Shown one piece after another: positions 38,491 to 50,705 of a stretch of DNA of 64,000 bases. The stretch is from Lama glama (Eukaryota): contig CM052817.1 in assembly GCA_028534125.1 (NCBI GenBank), forward strand, positions 37,698,001 through 37,762,000. The letters run 5' to 3'. Every line of letters begins with the position of its first letter. Position 1 is the first letter of the stretch. Position numbers and translations under genes: made by a program. Under the pieces are notes generated by a model. It searched no databases and was not told the origin of the DNA. It was given only the letters and a program-made list of their open reading frames with translations.

Positions 38491-41482
38491 ATTGAAAAAA
38501 GAGAAAGCAAAGAGGAAAAAAGCTTTCAAGAAAAATTTTCAAAAAGGAAACTTTCTTTAGTCAGTCATCTTGATGGGCCATATTGTAGTGGAAAATAAAA
38601 TTCAGTGCATGAGAGTGGTCTAGGGGAGACATAAAGATAAATAAACAAGAAGGTTTATGAGGCCTACAGGAGCAATCTGGGGGAAGAACATGGAGAGGTC
38701 CAAGAGCTGGGAAAAATTGGGAGACAGGAAACAATAGGAGGGGATGGAAGGGCTGCTGCAGTGGGAGTGGGACAGAGTGAGGATCCCAAAGGAGATGATC
38801 AGTGAAAAGCTCCTGATTGCGGGTATAGCCTTGGACTTTTAAGAAAACAGACTTTTAAGAAAATCTCTGTGGTTTTAGGTTACCTTGGATAATGTGATAT
38901 ATTGTCAATTTAATAAAATCTTTTCAGAAGAAAATATGGCAATATTTTAATTTCACAGATTGGTTGTAAGATATATCAAAATTCCAAGCACATTAAAATG
39001 AGGAAAATGTGTCTTTGAATAGAAGAAATACTGAATTCCATTTTAAATCTTTTGCTGTGTTCTGTGATATAGTACACTTCTAACCTCATGTTGTCATTGA
39101 AACTTCAATAAAACTATAGTGTGAAAAGACTTTCCCAGATTAGTATTTTCAGGAAATTAGTGTTTTGGAATGTATTCTATGTTGAGTCAACATGGAGTAA
39201 GCTAAGGAAATATAAAGATGACACTTGATAATTCAGCAGAAGCGAGAACTCTGAGGAAGTGACTCAGAGTAATGGAAGTTCCTTTAGAGTTCATTAAGAT
39301 ATTAGGAATGAGGTGGGAGATGCTGGTGTTCCATCATATGCAGGGTAGGGATTCTTTCCATTTTAATTCACATAATATATTTTAAAATATGTGACAATAG
39401 AAGGGGGTGGTGACTATTTTGGGGACATCCAGCTTGTAAATGTATGGGTCACAACACTTTTAAGAAAGAAAAGAAGAAATGGAGGTGAGAAATGTAATCA
39501 TTGTAGAGGTAGAAGAAAGTAATTTCAGATTATTTGTAATACTTGGGTGACTATATTTGGACTGGTTAAGGTGTCACTAAATCTGCTGACCTTTAAAAGT
39601 TGCTTCCATCCTGTAATGCAATTTCCTACTCTCTCTCTCTTAATTTTTTTTTTATAAGAGGTTAATTGACTCCAAAAAGTCTTTACTTTCAACTCAGGAG
39701 AATGTTAACTTTGTGCTTTTTTGGGATGAAATGGATGTGTCTTTTTAACTTCCATGTAACCCTGACTAGGTCACCAGTTTCCAAATTCAAATTGTGTGGA
39801 AGTTGGAAGAAAAGTTCAAAATATTGTACTTTTCTCAATGAAGGACAGTCATCATTTCATTCTCTGACACACGTAGTGATGAATGCTGTTGTAATGTCTC
39901 TCAGAACTGCGTTGGGTTCATTCTTTGATTTTACAGTAATGTGTGTGTGTGTGTATGCTGTGTTTTCTCTTTTAAGACTATTGGTTCTCTTGGAAACTGT
40001 ACACCCAGTGTAAACTATAGATGGATAGTATGCATTTACCCCAACTAGTTGTAGGAGAGTGAACTCTTCTCATCAGGAGGGCTTTTCCTAGTTCCTAATT
40101 CTCTTTCTGCTACACAGCAATAGGGCATTAGGATGTAGAGCTTGAAGAAGAGCCCCATGACACACAATAAAATGATATTTTAGTTTTATATGTCAAGACA
40201 GTATATTTAGTGTAAATGATTCCTTGGTTCAGAAATATGTGAAATCTTAATATGTACTTATTATATAAATATAGTTGTATATTTAGTATATAAAATATGC
40301 TATATATAAAATAACATGTACCTCGACATAGTGTATATTTGAACTCAAGAAACATCAGTTGTACTAAATTTTTATGGTTATCAATTTATTGTTTAAATTA
40401 CCTATGAAATTCAGGGTATTCTTGCTAATTTCAATTGCAAAAGAATCAAGTTTTTTTCCAAGTTGTATGGAGTTTCACATCACTGCAAACTGAATCCTTA
40501 TCTTCATATTAAAGTACAAAGAACTTCAGATGTTTAACAAAGATACTATATTTTCATCACTACTCTAACCTTCTAACTAGTTTATATTCCTAAAAATTAA
40601 GGGGTTTCAAGTAGTTACTAGAGAAAAAAATCACATTGCTCTAATAATAAGGAGTTTCAGGTGTTTGCTTTGTAGATGTGGTATATAGATTTAAGTTTCT
40701 GTGAGACTTATATTTGACCTAATGTGTATTCATAACTGTGTTAGTTGTAGCAACATGACTTTCACTTTGCATACCTAATAAGGGTGACCGATGAGTCAGA
40801 CTAATGATACTACTTTCTGCTTCTTTAGCATCTTTCATCTGCAGCTTACTACATACTTGGTAAACACTAATTAAACATCATAACACATCTCGGAGGAAAG
40901 GTAAGTATTATCCTCTTACAGGGAAACAGATACAGAGGGCTTAAGTAAGGCAAATATTAAATATACAGACCTGAGTTCTATAGGTTAACGTGCAAGCAGT
41001 GCTCCTTCCTGGGTGCGGAGAGAGCAGCACAGGTGTAAATACTTCAAGTAAACACAGTTCATGGGGGGATAGGAATTTCAGGAGGCCCAGAACCCTTTGT
41101 GAAGTTACTTTTGGAGATTATGTACTAAAGTGAAACTCCTGGTTAGGGTAGTGTATATTACCCAGTACTCAAACTTATCTCCTTCCTGATGAAGTGGAAA
41201 ATCAGGTCAGGATGACTGCAACGTGCTTGAACTTAGTAACTCAAGTGGAATCATATGATCTGGGTGTTCTAGCACAGCCTTGATTTCAAATGAGTGATGA
41301 TTTGCTTATCCTGTAAGGAGATGCAAGCTGTTCTTATTGTGTGACCTAATTTTGGGTTTAAGAATCAAATCACTGTAACCATTACGGTTAATTTTAAAGT
41401 TTTGTTTCTATATCCATTCCATATTCAAAATGATGTGGGTATTGAGCAGTTTTCAGGTAACTTAGGCGATTCATAGAGCCTG

Positions 41483-41955
41483 TATATTAGTTGTAAATTT
41501 CATTCAACTGCTAGTAACACACATAGGAATTTAACAAGATGGACTTTTTTTTTTTCTTTCATAAGGGACAGCTGAAGAGAGACCCCAGGCTCTAGATGAG
41601 CCATCTAAAGTGGCATCAAGGATCCGGGCTCTTTCTCTTTTTTCTCCACCATTCACAGATGTGGTTTCTATCTCCAAGGTTATCTTATGGTACAAGATCG
41701 TTGCTAGGGTTTGAGACATCACATATATGTTCCAGGCAGGAAGCATAAAGGACAAAAAGGCATACTTTAGCCATTGGTCTTCAGGAGCTTTCTCTAAAGG
41801 CCCACTTACTGTTCATCAGCCATCCCTAACTGCAGGAGAGGTTAGTAAATGCAGTCATTTAGCTGGACACACCACTGCTTGGAATTAAATCAAAGTTCTG
41901 TTATTAAGGAAAAAGAAGAGACTATATGTTGGATAGGTGACTAGTGGTTTATAGC
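41483..41955 (-). mobile_element. MaLR solo LTR (MLT1J-like)
   Basis: ACATCACATATATGTTCCAGGCAGGAAG...CTAACTGCAGGAGAGGTTAGTAAATGCAGTCATTTAGCTGG...GTTCTGTTATTAAGGAA. Confidence 0.75.
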
Positions 41956-42516
41956 AAGAAACCAAAATCAATTATTAAAGAAAAAAAATCCTCTTTGGAC
42001 AGTGAATTATATGGGTGGCCTTTTGTCTTGCTGATTGATGAACTGAACATCTGACACATTTCCACTGCCTTTCTTGATATGGAGGCACCGCCTATGGGTG
42101 TATCTGTGTGACCCTGGCAGGAAAATAACCGAACCAACAAGTGCATCAGCAGAATTGTTTGGAAGTGTTCTTGCTGCATTCATCCCCACCCTGCCTTTGG
42201 TCACGAACTTACATGTAGGTTCCTGGTGCACTTACAACTCAGCTGCTGCTGATCACAGTTAGGCAGAACCAGGATAGGGTAAACCTCCCCTTTAATGTTT
42301 GATTACAGTAATCTGGAATGCAGAGCCACTTTTGTGCAACTTTCTACACTGTGCCTTCTATGAGTGTGTCTGTCTCTCTGTGTGTTATCCGGAGGTCTAG
42401 CTATTCCATACTCTCCAGACACTAATTGGGAGGAGTTTGAAAGCATAGGTGGCAGGTAACTTGCTTGAAAGGAATGTTTCACTTAACAAAATTCTAATTG
42501 TAAAAACTTTGTGAGT

Positions 42517-42622
42517 GGGGGGAGAGTATAGTCCAGTGTTAGAGCTTGTGCTCAGCATGCATTAGATCCCAGATTCAATCTCCAGTACCTCCATAAATAA
42601 ACAAATCTAATTACCCCCTACA
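42517..42622 (+). mobile_element. tRNA-Ala-derived SINE (Vic-1 type), no right TSD visible
   Basis: GGGGGGAGAGTATAGTCCAGTGTTAGAGCTTGTGCTCAGCATGCATTAGATCCCAGATTCAATCTCCAGTACCTCCATAAATAAACAAATCTAATTACCCCC. Confidence 0.88.
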
Positions 42623-42679
42623 AGTGATGTGGACAGCCAGTAGTAATTTCTTCCTTCCTTCCTGTCTTTCCAAGAATAC

Positions 42680-44500
42680 TTCAGAGCTACTTTCTTAGCA
42701 AATTTCAGTTATACAATACAGTATTACTGATTAGAGTCACCATGCTGTACTTAGAACTTACTCATCTCATAACCCAAAGTTTGTGCTCTTACCAGTTTCT
42801 CCCCATTTCCCCCAGCTCCCAGCAACCACTGTTCTACTCTTTGTTTCTATAAGTTTGACATGTTTTTTTTAAAAAAGATTCCACATATAAGTGATACCAT
42901 GCTGTTTGGCTTATTCCACTTTGTCTTTCTCCATCTGAGATTCTACTTAGTGTAATGCCCTCCAGCTCCATCCATGTTGTTGCAAATGGCAGGATTTCCT
43001 TTTTTAAGGCCGAATAATATTCCATTGTGTGTGTGTATGTGTATCTCACATCTGATTTATCCATTCATCTATTGATGGACACTTAAGTTGTTTCTGTATC
43101 TTGAATATTGTGAATAATGCTGCATTGAACATGGGAGTGCAGATATCTCTATGATATTCTGTTCTCACTTCCTTTGGAGAGACCCTCGTAAGTGGAATTG
43201 CTGGGTCATATGGTAGTTCTATTTTTATTTTTTTTGAGTAACATCCATACTGTTTTCCATAGTGGCAGCATCAGTTTACATTCCCACCACCAGTGCACAA
43301 GGGTTCCCTTTTCTCTGCATCCTCACCAACACTTACTATTTGTGGTCTTTTTGTTATAGCCATTCTGACAATTGTGAGGTGGTATCTCAGTGTGGCTTTC
43401 ATTTTCATTTCCCTGATGATTTGTGATGTTGAGCATTTTTCTGTTGATGTCTGTTGGCCATTTGTGTATCTTCTTTGGAAAATGTCTATTCAGTTCCTCT
43501 GCCCATCTTAAAATCAATTTTTTTTTTTTTGCCGTGGAGTTGTGTAAGATCTTTATATATTTTGAGTATTAACCCCTTATCAGATATATGATTTGCAGAT
43601 ATTTCCTCACATTTCATAGGTTGTGTCTTCATTTTGTTGATCATTTTCTTTGCTGTACAGAGGCTTTTAAATTTGCTATATAGTTCCACATGTTCATTTT
43701 TGCTTTTGTAGCATTTGCTTTTGGTATCAAATCCAGAAAAGTCATTGTCGAGACCGATATTGAGAAGCTTACCCTGTTTGTTTTCTTTCAAGAGTTTTGA
43801 GTTACAGGTCTTAAATTTAAGAATTTAATCCATTTTGAGTTTATTTTTGTGTCTGGTGTAAGGTAGTGGTCCAGTTTCATTCTTTTGCATGTGACTGTCC
43901 AGTTTTCCCAACACCATTTATTAAAGAGATTATCCTTTGCCCTTTGTATAGTCTTTCCTCCTTTGTCATAAATTAATTGACCGTGTAGTCATAGGTTTAT
44001 TTCTGGGCTTTCTGTTCCACTCCATTGAGCTGTGTGTCTATTTTTATCCCAATATCGTACCATATAGCTTTGTAATATAGTCTGAAATCAGTAAATGTGA
44101 TGCCTCCATCTTTGTTCTTCTGTCTCAACATTGCTTTGGCTATTTGGGGTCTTGTGTGATTCCATACAAATTTTAGGATTATTTTCCCTTTTTTCCAAAA
44201 AATGACATTAGAATTTTGGTAAAGATTACATTGAATCTATAGATTTCTTTGGGTAGTAGGGACATTAAAAACATTAATTCTTTCAATCCATGAGCATGGA
44301 ATGTCTTATAGATTTCAACATACAGATCTTTCACCCCTTTAGTTAAGTTTATTCCTAAGTATTTTATTCCTTTTGGTGCAATTGTAAATGGGATTATTTT
44401 CTTAATTTCTATTTCTGATAGTTCATTATTAGTGCAGTGAAATGTAACTGATTTTTGTATGCTGCAACTTTACTGAATTGGTTTATTAGTTCTAACAAGG
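42680..44500 (-). mobile_element. L1 (L1MA9-like) ORF2 3' part and 3' UTR, decayed
   Basis: Minus-strand ORFs with L1 ORF2 peptides (MEYYSALKKEILPFATTWMELEGI; ANHISDKGLILKIYKDL; ELNRHFPK) broken by frameshifts. Confidence 0.93.
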
Positions 44501-44695
44501 TAATAGACTTTCTAACAGGTGTGAGGTGATATACCATTGTGATTTTGGTTTGCATTTACCTGATGATTAGTGATGTTGAGCACCTTTTCATGTACCTGTT
44601 GGTCATTCATATGTCTTATTTGAAAAAATGTTTATTCAGGTTCATTTATAAATTGGGTTATTTGATTTTTTTTTTGCTATTGAGCTGTATAAGCC
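44501..44695 (-). mobile_element. Second L1 ORF2 fragment adjoining the preceding L1
   Basis: CTAACAGGTGTGAGGTGATATACCATTGTG...GATGTTGAGCACCTTTTCATG repeats the L1 region already present at ~43365-43550. Confidence 0.8.
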
Positions 44696-45859
44696 AGTTG
44701 TGATTCTTTGTAATTCAATGTAACCATTAAAAAGTAAATGATCAATTCCATATTTGATCTAAAGGTATGGTCAGGTGGACTTTGATTTAAGATGAGAAGG
44801 TAGTTTAGAGATACAGTCGGAAATAATACATACTTACCTGCTCCGCAAATATTAAGAGCTTTGTAATTTTACTGAGTGCCACTTGGGTGTTCCACAGCAT
44901 CTTCTTTGTAGATACACAGATGAGGGGCTGAAGAAAGTGGAGTTTATTCACTGGGGAGAAGGGCAGCTATGACTGGGGGAAAATGATACTTGGAGATCAG
45001 AGGGTCCCCCTAATGGTAGCTGGCATAAATACACTTAGGCAACGACAAATAGTATGACGTATCCTACATACTCTTGCTGGTGATTTATACCTCAGAACGT
45101 CACTCCTATTTAATTCTAAACTTTAAATGTGGCAGTGTTGTTGATGGGTAAGTTCTCAGTAAAACTGCTTACCTTTTGTTTACTTAATATAGCTTTGGGA
45201 GCTTGTGGGTCCTTGTTGAGGGAAACCTGGTCTCTTTGTGTCTGTGTGTGAACTTCTTTCTTCTTGTCTAGGAGACACAGCCATGCAACTTTGAGGGTTC
45301 TCTGTTAATTTTCTAAAGGTCTTCAAAAGCAATACCTCTGTTAATAATGCTCTTCCTTGGTTTGGAATATAATTAGCACTAGATAATAGAGTTAAGCAGA
45401 TGGAAATTAAAATGTGGCTCAGTTTTGTGGTAACAAAGGGTTTCCTAGGACTGCACCCAGAAACAGGCAGCCTTTCTCCTGGCCGCCCGCAGGCCTTACT
45501 CTGCAGGGGCAATTCCTTTTTACCTAAGGTGCTGTAGTGACATGGTTTATAGTCCAAACCAAGACAGTTCTGAGAGTTAAAGGAGGCGCTAGGAGGGTGA
45601 AATGCCATTACTTTTCTGGGCAAACGTGGCATGAGGTCACTGACCTTTATCTCGTGACAGCAGTCAAAGCAGAAAACACCCCTCTTTGGGCAGGCAGACC
45701 CGAGAGAAGGAAGGGATGGCTCAGGAAGCCAGTTGTGCTCATGAAAAAGTCATCCTCATAACTGTCCAGAGGAGGAAAAGAGGTTTTTCCCTTCAAGCCT
45801 CCTCTAAAACTCACACAGCCAGCGGAGGGCCAGAGTGGGTGCTCTAAACAGGGCCGGAG

Positions 45860-46034
45860 CAGTGATGCGCAGAGCTGTTAGCATTGCTTCTCAACTCTAT
45901 ATTCGGTGATGCTTGGTAGATTGAGCTTGGCCATGATGGGAGTACTTACACCATGGGAAATGGAAAACTACAAATCACCATTCTTTCCTCTCCTCTGGTA
46001 GAGCTGGTTGTTAAAAATCCATCAGCACACTGTT
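45860..46034. mobile_element. hAT-Blackjack MITE, MER63A-like
   Basis: GGCCATGATGGGAGTACTTACACCATGGGAAATGGAAAACTACAAATCA...GAGCTGGTTGTTAAAAATCCATCAGCACACTG. Confidence 0.75.
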
Positions 46035-46052
46035 TGGCCCTGGACTGGAGTT

Positions 46053-46109
46053 TTTTTTTTTCCTTGTTTCTTATTGAAGTATAGTTGATATACAATGCCA
46101 GTTTCATGT
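46053..46109 (-). mobile_element. Extremely 5'-truncated L1 (57 bp) with TSD
   Basis: TTATTGAAGTATAGTTGATATACAATG plus T tract, flanked by TGGACTGGAGTT at 46041-46052 and 46110-46121. Confidence 0.85.
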
Positions 46110-46559
46110 TGGACTGGAGTTGTAATTCCCCTGGGTTTATGGTTGATACTTCTCCCTGCCCTTATTGTCTAGTGGAGATGTTCACGATCAGTGATTAAAG
46201 GCACATTTGTGATTGCCATGAAAAACCTCCAGCCTTTGCCTCCTCTGTATGCCTCTCAGACGTGTACTCCATTGAGCCTGACCCCCGGGCCTCAACAGCT
46301 ACAGTGCAGCCTGTGCTCTGAGTCCTCTGTCTGGAAGGAGCCAAGGGCCTGAGGGTGTGTCTTCATTGGCACTAAGACTGGCCATTCAGCGCAAGCCTCC
46401 AAAGTCCCTTGCCCAGTCTGTTGAGATGGAAAGTGTAAGAGTCACTTTGAGGCTTCTAAGAGTCTTCCGGGCATTGACAACAGGAAACAGGCTAGTTCAT
46501 GGGGGAACTGAAATTGTTAGCAGTGATATTGTCAGGGGAGTCACAAAGTACCTGAGTTT

Positions 46560-46757
46560 TAGAAGTTAGAGGCTGTAGATTTGAATCCCATGTATGCAGG
46601 TAACAACTGCGGAGCTTTGCAAAAAATATTTCACTGCTTGGAGTGCTGGTTTATTTTCAAGTGGGACTAATAATCTCCAGTTATACAGTTTTGAGGATAA
46701 ATAGCACGTGAAAATGAGTTATAAATCTCAAAGAGCTACGTTAATGTAAAGCGTTAT
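46560..46757 (+). mobile_element. MIR-family SINE, degraded
   Basis: GATTTGAATCCC...GGGACTAATAAT...TTTTGAGGATAAAT...AAAGAGCTACGTTAATGTAAAG. Confidence 0.55.
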
Positions 46758-47416
46758 AAGGAGAGTGCATATTTTGTGGTAAAAGGAGAGGTTAGTTAGT
46801 TCTGACATTTTTAGCTAACATTTGTAGGACAGGAAGTGCAGCTGGATTTTCCCAAGGTTGACAAAGCATGTGCTTTATTTAGCCCTCTAGTAAGAGTAGT
46901 GACTTGCATTTTGGAGAGAGAAAATTTGATATAGCTCCCTCAATCCCTCCAAAATGAATTAATCATAATTGGAAAAGTAGAAATGGGTTGGATTTCTTTA
47001 TGCTTAGTTTAATGTTTTAAAATTATAATTTGTAATAAGGGAGCTGGGGTATTGTACTCTTAAAAAGTACTTAGAATTTCTTAAAAAAAAAAACCCTTAA
47101 TTCAGCCACTATGAAGTAATTTGTACTTAGGTTCTTACACCTCTCTTTGTCTTATAAAGAACTGGGGTGAGGGAAGCCTTCACTGGTGCGTTTTGTGTCT
47201 TATACGTTGTACAGAGCACGTAAGGGCTGTTTTTTCCTCCATAATACAGGCAGAGCTCAGATATAAAGCTACTTTAGTATAATGTTCCCTTGTAAAACAC
47301 AAAATAAATAATTTTTAAGATTGAATTTTGATATATTAAAAAAAACTTAAAAGAAAATCGAAATCTTTCAAAATTTGAGGCCTGATTTTTTAAGCATGGG
47401 TTTTTAGGTGTATCTT

Positions 47417-47435
47417 GGCCTCCCTCTAGTGGTAG
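47417..47435 (-). promoter_or_regulatory. Candidate CTCF site
   Basis: Minus strand CTACCACTAGAGGGAGGCC resembles the CTCF core motif; motif match only. Confidence 0.4.
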
Positions 47436-47867
47436 CTGAGGCAAACAAAAATCTGGGGGGATAAAAACTCATTTCTTTGAATCAAAAACAGAGTTTTGAA
47501 CATTTAATTTAAAGGGCTGGAAAGTATGTAATTGATTCAGGTTTTAGCATTTCTTAGATACTAAGGTTAATTTGCATTTATTGTTCCTATTGTTTGGGGT
47601 TTTGTTGCTATTATTACTTGAAATCTTCTTATGTTTATTTTTGGTGTTAGTGGGGTATTTTGTGTGTGTGTGCGTGTTCTTTTCCATAAAACCCAGAGCT
47701 CTATGTCCAGTTACAAATTCAAAGTTTTTGGTACTTTGTTCCATATCTTCTGGTACAAATTCTAGAAAAAACAATTTGTCAATAAGTTTTTGACCCAAAC
47801 TGAGATTATTCTGGTGGGCTTTTTTTTTTTTTTAAATAGAAATTAATATATTGCAAAAAAAAAATTA

Positions 47868-48475
47868 AACTGGAATCTGATCAAACCTGTAGATCCAACT
47901 ACCAATTTACAGGGAATCCAGAGGACAGAACGTGTTAGAATACACTGAGGAGATGTGATCTGTCAAACTCAGACTACGAGAACTTCTATAGGAAATAGAA
48001 GCACAATTCTTTAACAAATGAACTGCAAGAGTTAAAAAAAGAGGATTGAATGTGGAACCTGAAAATTAAAAGAGACCCAAAAGACTGCAGTCATTTACCG
48101 TATCTGGTCCTTATTTGGATCCTGATTAGAATAAGCATGGTGAAAAAAACCTATTTGTAAAATTTATGAGACAAATACCTGACAATACATGTTTGATATT
48201 AAGAAATTTTTTGTGTGTAATAATGGTATTTTAGTTCTATTTAAAGACAAGATATTATCTTTGAGATTCACACTGAAATATTTATAGGTGAAATCATATG
48301 ATATCTGGGAGCTACTTCAATATCCCTGGGGAGAAGGAATAGATGGAGGTGAAGATACGGCAAAATTGGCCATGGGCTTATGTTTGTTGGCACAGATGGG
48401 TACCTGGGTATTCATTATATCATTTTATCTACTTTTGAGTGTATTTTAAATTCTCCATAATAAAACATTAAAAAT
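47868..48475 (+). mobile_element. L1ME-like 3' end
   Basis: GAATCTGATCAAACCTGTAGATCCAACTACCAATTTACAGG...TTCATTATATCATTTTATCTACTTTTG...TTCTCCATAATAAAA. Confidence 0.8.
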
Positions 48476-49321
48476 GTCTATAAATTGGTTACAGTGCCCC
48501 TTAATACTAGCTATGTAAATGAATACAGGCTGTCAGACCTAACCCTAACCCTCATCAACCCAAGACAGGTTCACTTTGTGCTTTGTTTTGCATTGGAGGC
48601 ACATCCTAAAGTTGTTAGAGTAGCCCTGGAAGTCTGGCTCAGACCACAGTCAGCCTTGATTTCTTGGACCGCTAAGAAATTGAGTTAGTTTTATCTGGAC
48701 CTAAATTCCAATCTAAGTGAAAGGGATCTTAGACGACTACAGGTCAGGGCTTCTTTGGGAAGAGAGTTGGAAAAGCTCAAATTATCCAGCTCCTTGAGAT
48801 GGTATCAAGATCAATTAAGGATAAATGAGCAAACATCTCAGTTTTCGATGCCTGAAATTTGTCAGGCATTTTAAAGTTAGAGTAGTAGCACGTTGGAGTA
48901 GTGATGAAGAATAAGACATTGATCCTGATCTTCACATCCACTCAGCTTCACAGGTTGAGACTGGTCTATATATTCCTTCCCTAACTGTCTTCCCTCCTCC
49001 ACCCACATGTGGAAAGTCACTCCCCTGCTTGTTCCAACGAGGCTGAGTACTGCTTTCCTACCTAGTGTTCCTCTGGATTCTTGCTCTGTATACACTGTCC
49101 CTGTGGACCCAGGATGCTGCCAACCTGCCAGACTTCCCTCACTGCCCTCTTCTGATGCAGTGTTCCTTCTTCCTACCCACAAGCACACTAAACTGAGCCT
49201 CCCTGCTCCCTGATGTCAGTCTGAAGTAAGGCATGACCTTTTGCAAAATTTAAACTAAATTATTTCCCCTTGGAAGTCCCAAGATAAGCCTAGACCACTT
49301 TCTAATCTCCCACATAGCTAC

Positions 49322-49450
49322 TTCATCATTCATTCAGCATATAGCTATTGGGTGTCTAATAATTTGCTGGGCTCAGGACTAGGCAATGCTGATAGAAATA
49401 TAAGCAAAAAAAGAGCATGGTTCTTGCCTTCATTGAGTTTGCAGGCTAAT
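49322..49450 (-). mobile_element. L2 3' terminus
   Basis: TCATTCATTCAGCATATAGCTATTGGGTGTCTA...CTTGCCTTCATTGAGTTTGCAG. Confidence 0.7.
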
Positions 49451-49854
49451 TGGTTTCAAGGGCCCAATATAGACTTGTTTCAAGTAACAATCTTTTACTG
49501 AAGGTAGAAAGATAAAGGAAAGAGAGTAGCACACAGAAAATGACTTCTGTGCCAGCCTGGGCTGGCTTCCTGCCTCAGTCTCTCTTGGTCTAATTCCATT
49601 TGTGTAGGGGCAGCTTTTCTCCCATCACTGGAATTATTCTGGACTGTTATGTGACTCAGAATCCAGGACAAACTCCAAAGACCTAGAGAGAGAATATTTT
49701 TCTGTGAACTCTTTTAAATCTACTCCTTAAATCCTCATTTCTTGCCAGGGTTAATTAACCTCTTCACAGGAAACTTAGAAAAAAAAATAGAATTACAAGA
49801 GAGAGAATGATCAAAACTTTAAAAATTAGAACAAAAAGAAAGACTATGGAGGCA

Positions 49855-49975
49855 AGTTTCAGCCTTTTATAAGGAAGAATTTTCTAACAATTTTTGATGT
49901 TCAAAATGAAGGACGTCACCTCGTGAAGTCCTTGGAAATGTAAACAGGCAGGGTGACTATTTTTTCAAGGCTGTG
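49855..49975 (+). mobile_element. CR1/L3 3' fragment
   Basis: TATAAGGAAGAATTTTCTAACAAT...CCTTGGAAATGTAAACAGGCAGGGTGAC. Confidence 0.55.
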
Positions 49976-50462
49976 AAAACTCCTGTTTAATTGCTAACAC
50001 TTGCTTCTTTGAACAATGAGAGTGGGAATATTAAAGGTCCTGTAACATCTGGAGGGGAGAAGAATATCAGGGGAGACGTGTTTCTCCTTTATGTGTAAGA
50101 TGCGTGTAGACAAAAGTGTAGGCGTCAGGATTATCATGTGTGTCAGCAGATGGAACACTGGCCTGAGACTGCAGGAGCAGTGGTGAACCCCTTTGCCATG
50201 GGTCCTATATTCTCAGAAGAGACTTGAGCAGATTCTTCACTGAGAGCAGATTTTACTCCAGCTTCCAAGGTGTTGGTGTCTGCTGGGAGGTCTGAAGACA
50301 TCTAGCACAGTCTGAGTTATCCCTTAGGCCACTGTCAAGGAGGCAGTGCTGGCTGTGTTGCCAGTCATAGAGTCTGACACACCAAATGTGGTGCCCTGTC
50401 ACCACTTAGGTCTGGATCCTCCTGAAACACAACCGCCACCACTGCTACCATCAATCAATCAC

Positions 50463-50705
50463 TGTGTTAGATTATGCTGGGTAACAAACAACTGTGAAAT
50501 CCTAATGGCTTATGACAACAAAATTTACTTCTCACTTTACACTCCATGCCCACCGTGGACTGACTGAAGTTCTGCTCAAGCCTCTTCCCTCTGGAGCCCA
50601 TGCTGATGGTATAGCCGGCACCTGAAACTTTGCCAGTTACCATGGTTGAGGGAAAAAGAGAATATGAAAATTGCTTACTGGCTCTTAAAATTATTTCTTG
50701 AAATA
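50463..50705 (-). mobile_element. MaLR LTR fragment (MLT1-like)
   Basis: TTATGCTGGGTAACAAACAAC...AATGGCTTATGACAACAAAATTTACTTCTCAC...ACTGGCTCTTAAA. Confidence 0.75.

Noticed and set aside
42834..43791. Several minus-strand ORFs
   Set aside because: They are fragments of one decayed L1 ORF2.
45180..45761. 150-aa and 74-aa ORFs
   Set aside because: No recognisable domain or splice support; the lengths are within the chance range for a 64-kb window.
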